Virus record (IMG/VR): IMGVR_UViG_3300025934_000015
Span: 32,001-96,000 of that record
Origin: a virus
Lineage: Duplodnaviria; Caudoviricetes
Length of the DNA stretch: 64,000 bases
Strand: one strand, 5' to 3'
Shown here: positions 44,713 through 54,612 of the stretch, piece by piece
How positions within the stretch are numbered: position 1 is the stretch's first letter
Layout: each line of letters opens with the position of its first letter
Translations under genes and position numbers: made by a program
The notes under the pieces: model-generated
What the model was told of the DNA's origin: nothing
Database searches by the model: none
What the model saw: the letters and a program-made list of their open reading frames with translations, nothing else

Positions 44713-45113
44713 TCGACACAGAGATCAACGGCAATACCGTGGTGGAGGCGACGACGTCAGGAAATGTCCTCACGTTGGACCAGATCGAACAGTCCCGCGA
44801 TGCAGAATATGCGGTCGTAGACGTACCGGAGTGGGGTGGAAAGCTACGGATGGCTTCTGCGACGACCGATATGGTCGTCGAGTTGGCCAAACGATCGGAA
44901 ACCGGCAACGTCGTCGATGGCATCATGGAACTGCTCGTCAAGAGTTTCGTAGATGAACAGGGCAATCGGTCGGTAACTGATCCCACGCAGGTCATCCGTA
45001 CGGTTGCGGCCCTGAAACAAAAAGAGGCCAAGGTCATCGAACGGCTGATCAATACGCTACTCAAGCTGAACAACATTCGAATCAAAGCCCCCGGTTTCAC
45101 CAGCGAGGTGTAA
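44709..45113 (+). CDS. second gpG-like tail chaperone paralog
   Basis: LTLDQI....D.EY.VVDVPEWGG.LR..S, VDEQGNR, LK.K...V..R.I aligns with 43880-44296. Confidence 0.75.
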   Translation: MIDTEINGNTVVEATTSGNVLTLDQIEQSRDAEYAVVDVPEWGGKLRMASATTDMVVELAKRSETGNVVDGIMELLVKSFVDEQGNRSVTDPTQVIRTVAALKQKEAKVIERLINTLLKLNNIRIKAPGFTSEV

Positions 45114-45116
45114 GGC

Positions 45117-48100
45117 GTGGCTGAAGGTGGATTCCTCGACATCGGCACCCTAACCGGCACCATTGAACTGGATGACCGTCTCACCGGCACGTTTGAGACG
45201 GTCATCCATAGTATCGAGAAGTTCGGAGAGGACTTTCTCGGATCGTTCAAGGGGATCGCGTTAGGACTCGGCCTTGTGACCACGGCCTTGACAGGCATGG
45301 CCGCAACGATTAGCACGTTGGCGGTCAAGGGGTCCGAGATCAACGATGTCAAGGAAGGCTTCGACCGGTTGTCTGGTGGCGTAGAGCAGGCGGATGCCTT
45401 GATGCAGGCCATGCGTCAGGGCGTGGTCGGAACGATTAACGATCTCAATCTCATGCGAGACGCCAATCGTCTGCTCTCCGCGGGCGTGAAGGCGAACGCC
45501 TCGGATTTTCAAACGTTGACGACAGCCGCGCATGTGCTGGCCAATGAAGGCTATGGCAGCATTGAAAACGTGCTCGGATCCCTGAACCGGGCTATGATTA
45601 CCGGATCCACCTTCCGGATCAAACAGCTTGGCGTCTCCATCGACGCGACAAAGGTGGAACGGGAATACGCCGCCTCCTTGGGACTTTCGGCGCAGCAACT
45701 GACACGCGAGCAGACCCTGGAGGCCATGCGTGGAGCGATCCTCGAAGAATTGAACAAAAAAGTACAGGCCGCGGGAGAACTGCACCTGTCCTTTGCGGAA
45801 AAGTTAGATGCGGCCCTGACGTCCCTCACCAATTGGTCGCATGAGTTAGAGTCCTTGATTGCCGCCTCGCCCAACGTCAATGCGGCGTTCGATGCGATTG
45901 CTGAGGCGATCAAGGATGCGTTTGGCACCGAAGGTCAAACGCTCATGCAGACCATTGTGGGCTGGGTCAACACGTTTGCCGACGTTGTGCGGACGTGGGC
46001 CCCACCAATCATTCGCTTCTTCGGAGAAATCAAGGATACGATCAAAACGCTGTGGAACACTATCGACGCCGCCTGGGACTCGCTGCCGGACTGGTTGAAA
46101 ACGGTGGTCAAGGACGCCACGGTTGCGGCGGGTGCGCTGTGGCTCACCGAGAAGGCGCTGGATAGTCTACTCGGTAAGGTCGCCAGTGCAAAAAATCTGG
46201 GCATGGGCGGGGAAGGCGGCGGAGGTGGTGATGCACTCGGTAAAGTCTCCAACATTGGCACCATTACATCTGCCCTGATTGATAGTGGCAATGTACTCCA
46301 ACGCATTGGTACCCGGTTAGGCGGGCTGACCGGAGCCGTAGCGACGATGGGCGAGTCGTTCTCCAAGGCGCGCACGTGGGTCAACAGTCTCGATGAACCT
46401 CTGTCGATGGTTGCGGCACGTGCGAAAGGCGCAGAAGGTACCCTGAGTTTATTCCGGAACTCCACGGTATTGACGGGCGTAGCGACTGGGAGTCTCGCTG
46501 TGCCACTGGCACTGGTCGCGACGACGATTGCGTCCTCCATTGCGGTCTATAAGGCGGCATCGGAAGCGATTGGATTGTATCATGATAAACAGGCGCGGTT
46601 AGCGGCCGACGAACGGCAGGCGCAGACCGACCGCGATAACATCAATAAGATCACCGCTCTGACGGGCAAGACCTACACCAATCTTGCGGACGCGGTGAAG
46701 GACGCCAACAAATACATCGAGGAGCATAAGGGTAAGTGGACGGCTGCCCAAAAGGCGGAAGAGGCTGCGAAGGCCATTGCGGAAGCGCATACCAAGTCGG
46801 TGGATCAGATTGTCATGTCCCTGGCCGCGCAGGCCACGCACATAGACGAAACGGTGGACGTCTTCAACAAACTGACGACGACCCAGAAGTTGAATCGTGA
46901 TGTGCAAGACGATTTGCTCAAGCGCATGGAAGCGCAGATGGAACACGGTCAGCGGTTGACCGTGGAGCAACAGCAGTACTACGAAATGATCACGCGCAGT
47001 CGCGCCGCCGACGTGGCGTATGCTGCCGGGAAGTTAGTCCTGGATGACGTCACGAAACAGTCAATTGTTAACCTCCGCGAGCTGAATAAGTCAGAGGCCG
47101 AGATCGCACAGGCCCTGGGCCTGACCACCGAACAGGTTCGCAACGCGCAAAAGCCTTTGTTGGAGCGCATTGCCGCCCTGGAACGGGAAGGTCTCAGCGA
47201 AGCGGCCATCAACGAACGGCTGGGCGTGAATGCGGCCACGCGCGCGAAGGTGACTGAGGAGATCAAACGTCAGCAGGACGCACAGGACATGCTGACGACC
47301 TCGACGGATAACTACAATCTCGCCTTGAGCCACGGTAGTTTTACCGCGTGGAAAAAAGATCAAGACGACAAGATGGCAATTGAAATCCGCAACCTTCGGC
47401 AGTCCAAGGAGTGGACGCAGGAAAAAGAGGACGCCATCCAACAGAAGTACCGCCAGACCACCGATGTCAAGAAGATGCAGGACCGCGAGGCCATTGAGGG
47501 GTCGAAAGACGCGGCAGTAAAGGAACGCGACTTCGCCAAAAACAAACTCGACACGATGTTAGACGATATTACCAATTTCCACGCGGAGGACGTACAGGCC
47601 GCGCAACAGGATTACAACGAGAAAGCACGGGCGGTCGAGCACTGGTCGGCCTCGGCCTCGGAGGCCGAAAAGAAAGCGGCGGAAGCGGCCAAGCAGGCGT
47701 CCGACGAACGGATTGCCGCCCTCAAGAAGGAAATGGACGCGCAGCAGGAATGGGCGGATCATTGGCATAGTCTGACCGTCACGATGACACGCGAACAGGC
47801 GGAAGCGATTGCCAATACCAGCGGCGGTGATATGTGGGCCGAGTTCTTCCGAGCCGTAGCTCGTGCCTCGATCAAGGCGCTGGACGAAGCGGAATTGAAG
47901 GCCAGCATGGCGCAGTTCCGGACCCGTCAGGAACTCCAGAAGACTGCCGAGTTAGCGAAGAAAACCTACGATGCAATGTTGGCCGCTGGTAAGTACACCG
48001 CGGAAACCCTGCAAGAGGCGTGGAAGCGGTACACCGATGCCCAGCAGGCCGCACTGGGACAGGCCAAAAAGACCGCCGAAGAAACGATGGCGGAGTTAGC

Positions 48101-48533
48101 GGAGTCCGCCGGATTCAAAACGCGCGACGAGCTAGCGAAGTTAGCCGACCAAGCTAAACGGACATACGACTTTATGCTGGCCTCCGGGAAGTACACCGCC
48201 AAGGAACTGGAGGATGCGTGGAAGCGCTACACCGATGCGCAGAATGAAGCACTCGGGGCCACAGCGGAGACAGTTGCGCAACTGACGGGCGGCACGCCGT
48301 CTGCGCCTCGTCGACCGGGCAGTGGCGGCACACGCGGCGAGTTTCTTCCAGGGATTCTCGGCACGTCCCCGATTGCGCGCTCGGGTAAAGTGGTAAACGT
48401 GGGACCGGAGCCCACAGTGCAACAGATCAATAACTTTAACGTCAACGGCACCGACGAGCAGAGCGTACGGAAGATGAGCGAGATGGTTATGAAGAACCTA
48501 CGCGTGGCTCGTTTCCTGCCGAGTCACGGCTAA
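45117..48533 (+). CDS. tape measure protein
   Basis: 1138 aa, Ala-rich and helical; follows the chaperones; DIGTL.G.IELDD N-terminus. Confidence 0.9.
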   Translation: MAEGGFLDIGTLTGTIELDDRLTGTFETVIHSIEKFGEDFLGSFKGIALGLGLVTTALTGMAATISTLAVKGSEINDVKEGFDRLSGGVEQADALMQAMRQGVVGTINDLNLMRDANRLLSAGVKANASDFQTLTTAAHVLANEGYGSIENVLGSLNRAMITGSTFRIKQLGVSIDATKVEREYAASLGLSAQQLTREQTLEAMRGAILEELNKKVQAAGELHLSFAEKLDAALTSLTNWSHELESLIAASPNVNAAFDAIAEAIKDAFGTEGQTLMQTIVGWVNTFADVVRTWAPPIIRFFGEIKDTIKTLWNTIDAAWDSLPDWLKTVVKDATVAAGALWLTEKALDSLLGKVASAKNLGMGGEGGGGGDALGKVSNIGTITSALIDSGNVLQRIGTRLGGLTGAVATMGESFSKARTWVNSLDEPLSMVAARAKGAEGTLSLFRNSTVLTGVATGSLAVPLALVATTIASSIAVYKAASEAIGLYHDKQARLAADERQAQTDRDNINKITALTGKTYTNLADAVKDANKYIEEHKGKWTAAQKAEEAAKAIAEAHTKSVDQIVMSLAAQATHIDETVDVFNKLTTTQKLNRDVQDDLLKRMEAQMEHGQRLTVEQQQYYEMITRSRAADVAYAAGKLVLDDVTKQSIVNLRELNKSEAEIAQALGLTTEQVRNAQKPLLERIAALEREGLSEAAINERLGVNAATRAKVTEEIKRQQDAQDMLTTSTDNYNLALSHGSFTAWKKDQDDKMAIEIRNLRQSKEWTQEKEDAIQQKYRQTTDVKKMQDREAIEGSKDAAVKERDFAKNKLDTMLDDITNFHAEDVQAAQQDYNEKARAVEHWSASASEAEKKAAEAAKQASDERIAALKKEMDAQQEWADHWHSLTVTMTREQAEAIANTSGGDMWAEFFRAVARASIKALDEAELKASMAQFRTRQELQKTAELAKKTYDAMLAAGKYTAETLQEAWKRYTDAQQAALGQAKKTAEETMAELAESAGFKTRDELAKLADQAKRTYDFMLASGKYTAKELEDAWKRYTDAQNEALGATAETVAQLTGGTPSAPRRPGSGGTRGEFLPGILGTSPIARSGKVVNVGPEPTVQQINNFNVNGTDEQSVRKMSEMVMKNLRVARFLPSHG

Positions 48534-51500
48534 TGCCCATTACGTCTGTTTCTCCTAACATTGGAGGACCGGCCGGAGGTACGTCTGTCATCATTTCCGG
48601 CTCTGGGTTTACCGGGGCAACTGGGGTCACGTTCGGGGGTGTCGCCGGGACCGGATTCTTTTTCATCAGTGACACGCTGGTTGCAGTCGGTACGCCTGCG
48701 CATGCCGTGGGAGCTGTCGATGTCACGGTCGATGTCGGCGGTACCCTGGTGGGTGGCTTCACCTATACGCTGTCCGTCGATAGTGTGGATCCGTCTGGCG
48801 CGGGTAATTTAGGCGGTCAACCCGTCACAATTTTTGGGAATGGCTTTACCGGCGCGACACAGGTGAATATCGGCGGTGTGGCCGCGACATCGGTAGTCGT
48901 GGTGGACGATAATACAATCACCTGTACGACCCCCGCGCACGCGTCTGGAGCCGTCAGTGTTGAGGTTGTGGGTGTCGCTACACTGGCGGCAGCCCTGACC
49001 TATAGCCGTTTTAATTTCCAATTTCGATCGCTGCCGTCTCCCGCCGGAGGCATTCTCTCCGATGTCATTCAAACGGAGGCGAATGGATTTTGCGCGGTCG
49101 GCAGTTCAGGGCTGGTCTATACCTCGTCGGATGGTCTGACGTGGACGAAGCGCACGGCGTCCGCTTCCAACGGCTGGCGCGGATTAGCGTTCTCCCCCAC
49201 GCTCGGCAGTGGTAATGGACGGATCGTCGCCGTGGCGTCCAGCGGCACGGACCGTGTAATGACGTCCGACGATGGCGGTGTCACCTGGACCGCGCGCACG
49301 GCCGCAACGGCGGTCGGGTGGCAGAGCGTGGTCTGGTCCTCGGCGTTGACCCTGTTTGTCGCCGTGGCGTCCACTGGGACCGCTGGCGTGTCGCGCGTCA
49401 TGACGTCGCCAGACGGCATCACGTGGACCTCCCGTACCGCGTCCTCAGAAACGACGTGGACGGGTCTGGCATGGTCGGCGGATCTGACGCTCTTCGCGGC
49501 CGTGTCTGCCGGTGGGGCCATTATGACGTCGCCCGACGGTATCACGTGGACCGCGCGCACGTCGGCGGCGGGCTGTGTGCCGGGCGGCAGCGCGGCCGGA
49601 TCTAGCGTGATTGTCTGGTCGCCTGTGGCTGTGGTGTTTGCGTGGGGATCACGCAACGGCTCCACACGCGGCATCGTTACATCCCCAGACGGCATTACCT
49701 GGACCGAGCGGACGATTCCTGACAATTCGCAGGCGATTGGTGGAACGGTGGCGTGGCGGAATGGTTTGCTCCTTGCGCGGCAAGGCGGAACCCTCCGCAT
49801 CAATCGATCCGTAGACGGCACGACCTGGGTGGCGGAACACGCCCAAGTTAGTGGTGGTACCTTGTCGTGGGATGCGTGGTCCGAATCGCTTTCCACGTTT
49901 GTGGCGTGGCACGATGCAGGTACACCACAAGTCCTCTACGGACTGTATGCCGATGATCCGGTCGTCGGACTGACGCTGACCGATGTCGATCCGCCCACAG
50001 GCTTGACCATCGGCGGCACGGCCGTGACGTTGACCGGCACCGGGTTTGTGGACGGCATCCTTGTGAACTTTGACAATATCTCGGCTACGGATATTGTCGT
50101 CGTGTCGCCCACTGAAATTACCTGCGTGACGCCCGCGCATGCGCTCGGGCTCGTCGACGTGACCGTCACGCTCCCGGATACGGGGGAGTTTGCCACACTG
50201 GCAGACGGCTTTGAGTATGTGAACGCCGGGATCTCCAGTCTCGATCCCAACCACGGACCGATGGAAGGCGGTACGGCTGTCACCATTCACGGCGCAGGGT
50301 TTGTGCCAGGCTCGACGATTACGTTTGACGGCACGACGGCAACGGATATTACCTTTGTCAATTCGAGTACATACACGTGCACCTCACCGCCGCATCCAGC
50401 CGGTCCGGTGGAGGTGCTTCTTGACGACTTCTCAGGCACCTTCACCTATGATCCGATCACGGTCGCGCCCTGGGAGCCTCCGGGCGGCACTGGTGGGACC
50501 GGCGATGATAATACGGGTATCCGTCGAAGTCCGGAGGTCACGATCTCCCGGACCAAGAATCAACCAGGGACATCTACGTTTGAAGTGGGGAAGGCCGGTA
50601 CACCACCACTAGCAGGTCAGATCATCACCGTCGATTTAACGGAAGGTCCGATCTTCGAAGGTCCGGCCTTGATGGTGGCGACAACATACGAGGAGGAAAC
50701 GACGCACCTGAAACGTCACATTGATGTGGCGGATGATACGTGGATCTTGAATGCGAAGCGGCCTTTTGGGAGTTGGAAGGACGTCTCGGCTACTGTCATC
50801 ATATTGGAAATCATGGCGAATTTCGCACCGCCAGGGTTTACCGTGACTCATGTTGCAGCCGGAATGCCGGCGATTACTGGCGAGTTGGTATTTGACGGCT
50901 CGCAGAATTTCAGTGAGTGCTTTGACGCCATTGCGGCGTTGGCTGAGGATCCCATTCACTGGTACTTAGACGGGTTTGATCTGCATTATTTCGCCACAGA
51001 ACCGTCTACCGATCCAGATTTGATCGAGGATGATACCCCGACGTTATTGAAGGATCCTCCGGTCACGATCACCGAGGACGTCTCGCAGATTCGGAATCGG
51101 ATCTTTGGCAAAGGTGCGGGTTCGACAGTTGCGGTGGGAGCGGCCCCTGGTAACACGGTTCTTGAAGTCAATGATCTGAAACCGTTTGAACCGGGACCGG
51201 GGCTGGCAATTGCGTACGGACAGATTTTTTATTACACCGGCGTCCGTCGTCAGGTCCAGCCCGTCAATCGTCAAAACTCCCCCGGCTTGGCCGTCGGAAC
51301 GACCGCCAATATCATCGAACCCAATGCCATTGTCGATGGACCTATCCGTGACAAAGTGCAGTATAAAATTTCGTATGTCGATGGCACAGGTCAGGAGTCA
51401 GAACTCAGTGAGCCCTTTGGAGCGGCTGGGGCGAACGACTTTACGGCTTCTCCACAGGCTTCCAATGATAGTGGGGGATCCGAAGCGGTCACGACCGGAT

Positions 51501-53359
51501 TTGCGGCCACGGTTGATGATGTTGTCGCCGGAGCGGGCGCGGTGGCCATTGGTGATTATATCTATAGCATTACGTTCAAGACCGATGGTGGAGGCGAGAC
51601 CGCGGGATTGCGCATAGGTGTGGCGGTCGGCAATCCGAATTCCAAAGTCGTCTGGAAAGTGCAGATGCCCAACCAGGGTGGCAGCGGCTGGACGGAGTGG
51701 CCGAACCCGAATCAACGGATCACCTCGATCAATTTTCATCGAACAAAGATTGGTGATGGTACTGGAAGTCGATTCTTTCAAGTGGGCAGTATCAATGTCT
51801 CGGCTACACCGGATCCTTTTACTACCGAAGGCGGACCGGGCGGGCCGGTCACGTGGCTGTTTGAGGACGTGCTCAATGATGCGTCGCTCTCTAATGAAAA
51901 TGAACATATCAGCGAGCGGACGGGTTTGAATCCACAGGACGGGACGAGTTATCGCATTCCGCCGACGAATACCACGGGCGCGTCCGTTCGACTCACGAAC
52001 ATCCCGACTATTCCGAACATCGTATCGTCCTCGTTACCTGCGGGAGCTATGCAGATTTCCGCCGGTGGTGCCGCGTTTGGCGAGACCGTCATTTCCGTTG
52101 AGAAAACCGGGGCAGATGCGACCATTGGCGCGAACACGTTGATTGAGATTGAAGGTGTTGGCACGTATACGGTCGTAAATACCGCAACGGTGACGTCAGG
52201 CGGAAATAGTGTGGTCATTCGTCCAGGGTTACGTGCGGATCTCATCGGTGCCGAAGCCGTGACCGTTCACCCGCCCGCGCGGAAAATTTACCGCACGCAG
52301 TATCACACGCCCAATGTGTGGTCGTTGATTACCACCCTGGAAGACAACACTACCACGACGTATGTGGATAGTACCGCCACGCAGCCGCCTGGGTGGTATG
52401 ACGAACCTGCGTACGAGGACACCCTCAATCCGACCACTGGCACGCCTCCGCCGGGTGCGCTGCCGCCAATCATCCACTTACTGCTGGTTGGCATTCCTGC
52501 CAGTGGCGTGCACTCGATCAAGAAGGCCATTCCTGCGGATGTGGACGTCAACATCTGGGAGCAGTACGACGATCTGGATGCGCAAATATTCTTAGCCGGT
52601 CGTCAGGGTGGTGACGGGGTTCGAGAGATTACCATCAGTGACTCGCAACTGAAGCGACCTGCCTTGCGTGACCGCATCCGTGCGGAAGCGGCGTTATTCT
52701 CGATGCCGATCAAAACGGTGAATTACGGCACGCGCGATCCCAAGACGCGTGAAGGACGCACCGCGACATTTAATCTGATCAATCCACCCGTGGTGGGTGC
52801 ATTTATCATTCAAAGTGTGACGGAATCGGAGATCCACGCCGAGCCGGGCACGGGACCACGGCTGACGCCCAAGTTAGCTGTGACCGCCTCTAGTGTGCGA
52901 TTTACCCTCGAGGATTTGTTAAATCGTGCACTGTTACGGGAGGATGATCGTCTGGGCGGCAGTGGTGGAGGCAGTGCAGTATCCGTCGATCGTACGAATG
53001 TGAGCCCCCATCCTCTCACAGTATCGGTGGACGATAACATCACCCTGACCTTAACCGGTGCGCCACAAGTGGCACTCTTAGCCGATACGCAAATTGCCGT
53101 GCGGTGGACAGGTCAACTTGCGCCCGCGCGTGGCGGTACAGGGACGGATACGTCAGGTGTCGTTGACGGTGACGTCTTGATTGGGCGGACCAGCGACCAT
53201 ACATGGCAGCGCGGGAAAATTACCCGTGCCCACCTCGACCCGGCAGTCGATTTTGCGTTTGGCTACGATGCGCCGCTGACCAACGGGAATCCGGACGCGC
53301 CAGAAATCGTGTTCGACAGCTTTGGTGACGTGGTGATGGTGATAGGAATTCCCCTATGA
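48533..53359 (+). CDS. large tail-tip/baseplate hub fusion with IPT/TIG domains and a BNR-repeat beta-propeller
   Basis: four S..P..G...GGT.V.I.G.GF IPT repeats; about six TSxDGxTWT Asp-boxes; hub-like WYLD..DLHYF and SQIRNRIFGKG. Confidence 0.8.
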   Translation: MPITSVSPNIGGPAGGTSVIISGSGFTGATGVTFGGVAGTGFFFISDTLVAVGTPAHAVGAVDVTVDVGGTLVGGFTYTLSVDSVDPSGAGNLGGQPVTIFGNGFTGATQVNIGGVAATSVVVVDDNTITCTTPAHASGAVSVEVVGVATLAAALTYSRFNFQFRSLPSPAGGILSDVIQTEANGFCAVGSSGLVYTSSDGLTWTKRTASASNGWRGLAFSPTLGSGNGRIVAVASSGTDRVMTSDDGGVTWTARTAATAVGWQSVVWSSALTLFVAVASTGTAGVSRVMTSPDGITWTSRTASSETTWTGLAWSADLTLFAAVSAGGAIMTSPDGITWTARTSAAGCVPGGSAAGSSVIVWSPVAVVFAWGSRNGSTRGIVTSPDGITWTERTIPDNSQAIGGTVAWRNGLLLARQGGTLRINRSVDGTTWVAEHAQVSGGTLSWDAWSESLSTFVAWHDAGTPQVLYGLYADDPVVGLTLTDVDPPTGLTIGGTAVTLTGTGFVDGILVNFDNISATDIVVVSPTEITCVTPAHALGLVDVTVTLPDTGEFATLADGFEYVNAGISSLDPNHGPMEGGTAVTIHGAGFVPGSTITFDGTTATDITFVNSSTYTCTSPPHPAGPVEVLLDDFSGTFTYDPITVAPWEPPGGTGGTGDDNTGIRRSPEVTISRTKNQPGTSTFEVGKAGTPPLAGQIITVDLTEGPIFEGPALMVATTYEEETTHLKRHIDVADDTWILNAKRPFGSWKDVSATVIILEIMANFAPPGFTVTHVAAGMPAITGELVFDGSQNFSECFDAIAALAEDPIHWYLDGFDLHYFATEPSTDPDLIEDDTPTLLKDPPVTITEDVSQIRNRIFGKGAGSTVAVGAAPGNTVLEVNDLKPFEPGPGLAIAYGQIFYYTGVRRQVQPVNRQNSPGLAVGTTANIIEPNAIVDGPIRDKVQYKISYVDGTGQESELSEPFGAAGANDFTASPQASNDSGGSEAVTTGFAATVDDVVAGAGAVAIGDYIYSITFKTDGGGETAGLRIGVAVGNPNSKVVWKVQMPNQGGSGWTEWPNPNQRITSINFHRTKIGDGTGSRFFQVGSINVSATPDPFTTEGGPGGPVTWLFEDVLNDASLSNENEHISERTGLNPQDGTSYRIPPTNTTGASVRLTNIPTIPNIVSSSLPAGAMQISAGGAAFGETVISVEKTGADATIGANTLIEIEGVGTYTVVNTATVTSGGNSVVIRPGLRADLIGAEAVTVHPPARKIYRTQYHTPNVWSLITTLEDNTTTTYVDSTATQPPGWYDEPAYEDTLNPTTGTPPPGALPPIIHLLLVGIPASGVHSIKKAIPADVDVNIWEQYDDLDAQIFLAGRQGGDGVREITISDSQLKRPALRDRIRAEAALFSMPIKTVNYGTRDPKTREGRTATFNLINPPVVGAFIIQSVTESEIHAEPGTGPRLTPKLAVTASSVRFTLEDLLNRALLREDDRLGGSGGGSAVSVDRTNVSPHPLTVSVDDNITLTLTGAPQVALLADTQIAVRWTGQLAPARGGTGTDTSGVVDGDVLIGRTSDHTWQRGKITRAHLDPAVDFAFGYDAPLTNGNPDAPEIVFDSFGDVVMVIGIPL

Positions 53360-54609
53360 GTGCATTCAAGGATTTGATTACGCGTGGGCTACGTTCAGCC
53401 CAGCCTGCCGCGACGACCGTGCCGGAAGGTACGTTGTACTTTGTAACGGATGAAGGGGTCACCGAGCGATCGAACGGCACGGTGTGGCAGTCCTATTCTG
53501 CGAGTTCGGCCGGATTTGTCAACACCTCAGGTACGCCCGCGACTGGCAACCTCGCCAAGTTCACCGATGCGGACACGATTACCAATGCCGATTTGACTGG
53601 TGATGTGACGACGTCTGGCGGTGTGGCGGCGACGATTCCGAATAATACGGTCAATTACGCCAAGATGCAGGATGTGTCGGCAGCATCCAAACTCCTGGGC
53701 CGTGGGTCTGCCGCGGGTGCGGGCGATCCGCAGGAAATCACGGTCGGCACGGGACTGGCCATGACCGGAACCACGCTGTCGGCCTCTGGCGGGACCGGCA
53801 CAGTGGACACGTCCGGCACGCCTGCGGCGGGCAACCTTACCAAGTTCACTGATGCCGATACGATTACCAATGCCAATTTAACAGGCGATGTGACCACCTC
53901 CGGCGGCGTCGCCACGACCATCGCGAATGATGCGGTCACGTATGCCAAAATGCAAAACGTGTCTGCGGCCTCGAAGTTACTCGGCCGTGGATCCGCGGGT
54001 GGCGCAGGGGATCCCGAAGAAATCACCGTAGGGACTGGCCTGTCCATGACCGGAACCACGCTAGCTGCGACGGGCGGTGGTGGCAGTGGAGCCCTGGTGC
54101 TTCTTGAACAACATACCGCTTCTGGGTCCGCCTCCCTCGACTTTACGACCGGCATCAGTGGCACGTATGACGAATACATGGTGGAGTTCGTGGATATCGT
54201 TCCGGCCACGAACAACGTAGACCTGTTAATGCTCATGTCCACGAACGGGGGATCCTCGTACGATTCGGGCGCGAACTACGCACGCCAGACACGGCTGGAT
54301 CAGTCCACCTTCAACACCGTGGCGGGCGGCAATAGCGGTCTGACATCCCTGATTGCCATCACGAACGTCGTGAATACTTCGACGTATAGTGTGAATTTGT
54401 CTGGTAAGTTGTGGACGCCCGGATCCACGGCACACTACAAGACCTTCACCTTCCAGGGGGTCTATCGTAACAATGACGGATCGTTCTACTCATTCGTGGG
54501 CGCGGGCACATACATCAGTACGACGGCGGTCAATGCGTTCCAAGTAAAGTTCTCCTCGGGCAATATCGCCAGCGGCACGGTGCGTCTCTACGGAATTGCG
54601 AAGACGTAA
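53356..54609 (+). CDS. tail fibre protein with ~90-aa internal duplication
   Basis: two copies of SGTPA.GNL.KFTDADTITNA.LTGDVTTSGGV...YAKMQ.VSAASKLLGRGS; C-terminal SGNIASGTVRLYG. Confidence 0.8.
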   Translation: MSAFKDLITRGLRSAQPAATTVPEGTLYFVTDEGVTERSNGTVWQSYSASSAGFVNTSGTPATGNLAKFTDADTITNADLTGDVTTSGGVAATIPNNTVNYAKMQDVSAASKLLGRGSAAGAGDPQEITVGTGLAMTGTTLSASGGTGTVDTSGTPAAGNLTKFTDADTITNANLTGDVTTSGGVATTIANDAVTYAKMQNVSAASKLLGRGSAGGAGDPEEITVGTGLSMTGTTLAATGGGGSGALVLLEQHTASGSASLDFTTGISGTYDEYMVEFVDIVPATNNVDLLMLMSTNGGSSYDSGANYARQTRLDQSTFNTVAGGNSGLTSLIAITNVVNTSTYSVNLSGKLWTPGSTAHYKTFTFQGVYRNNDGSFYSFVGAGTYISTTAVNAFQVKFSSGNIASGTVRLYGIAKT

Positions 54610-54612
54610 CGC

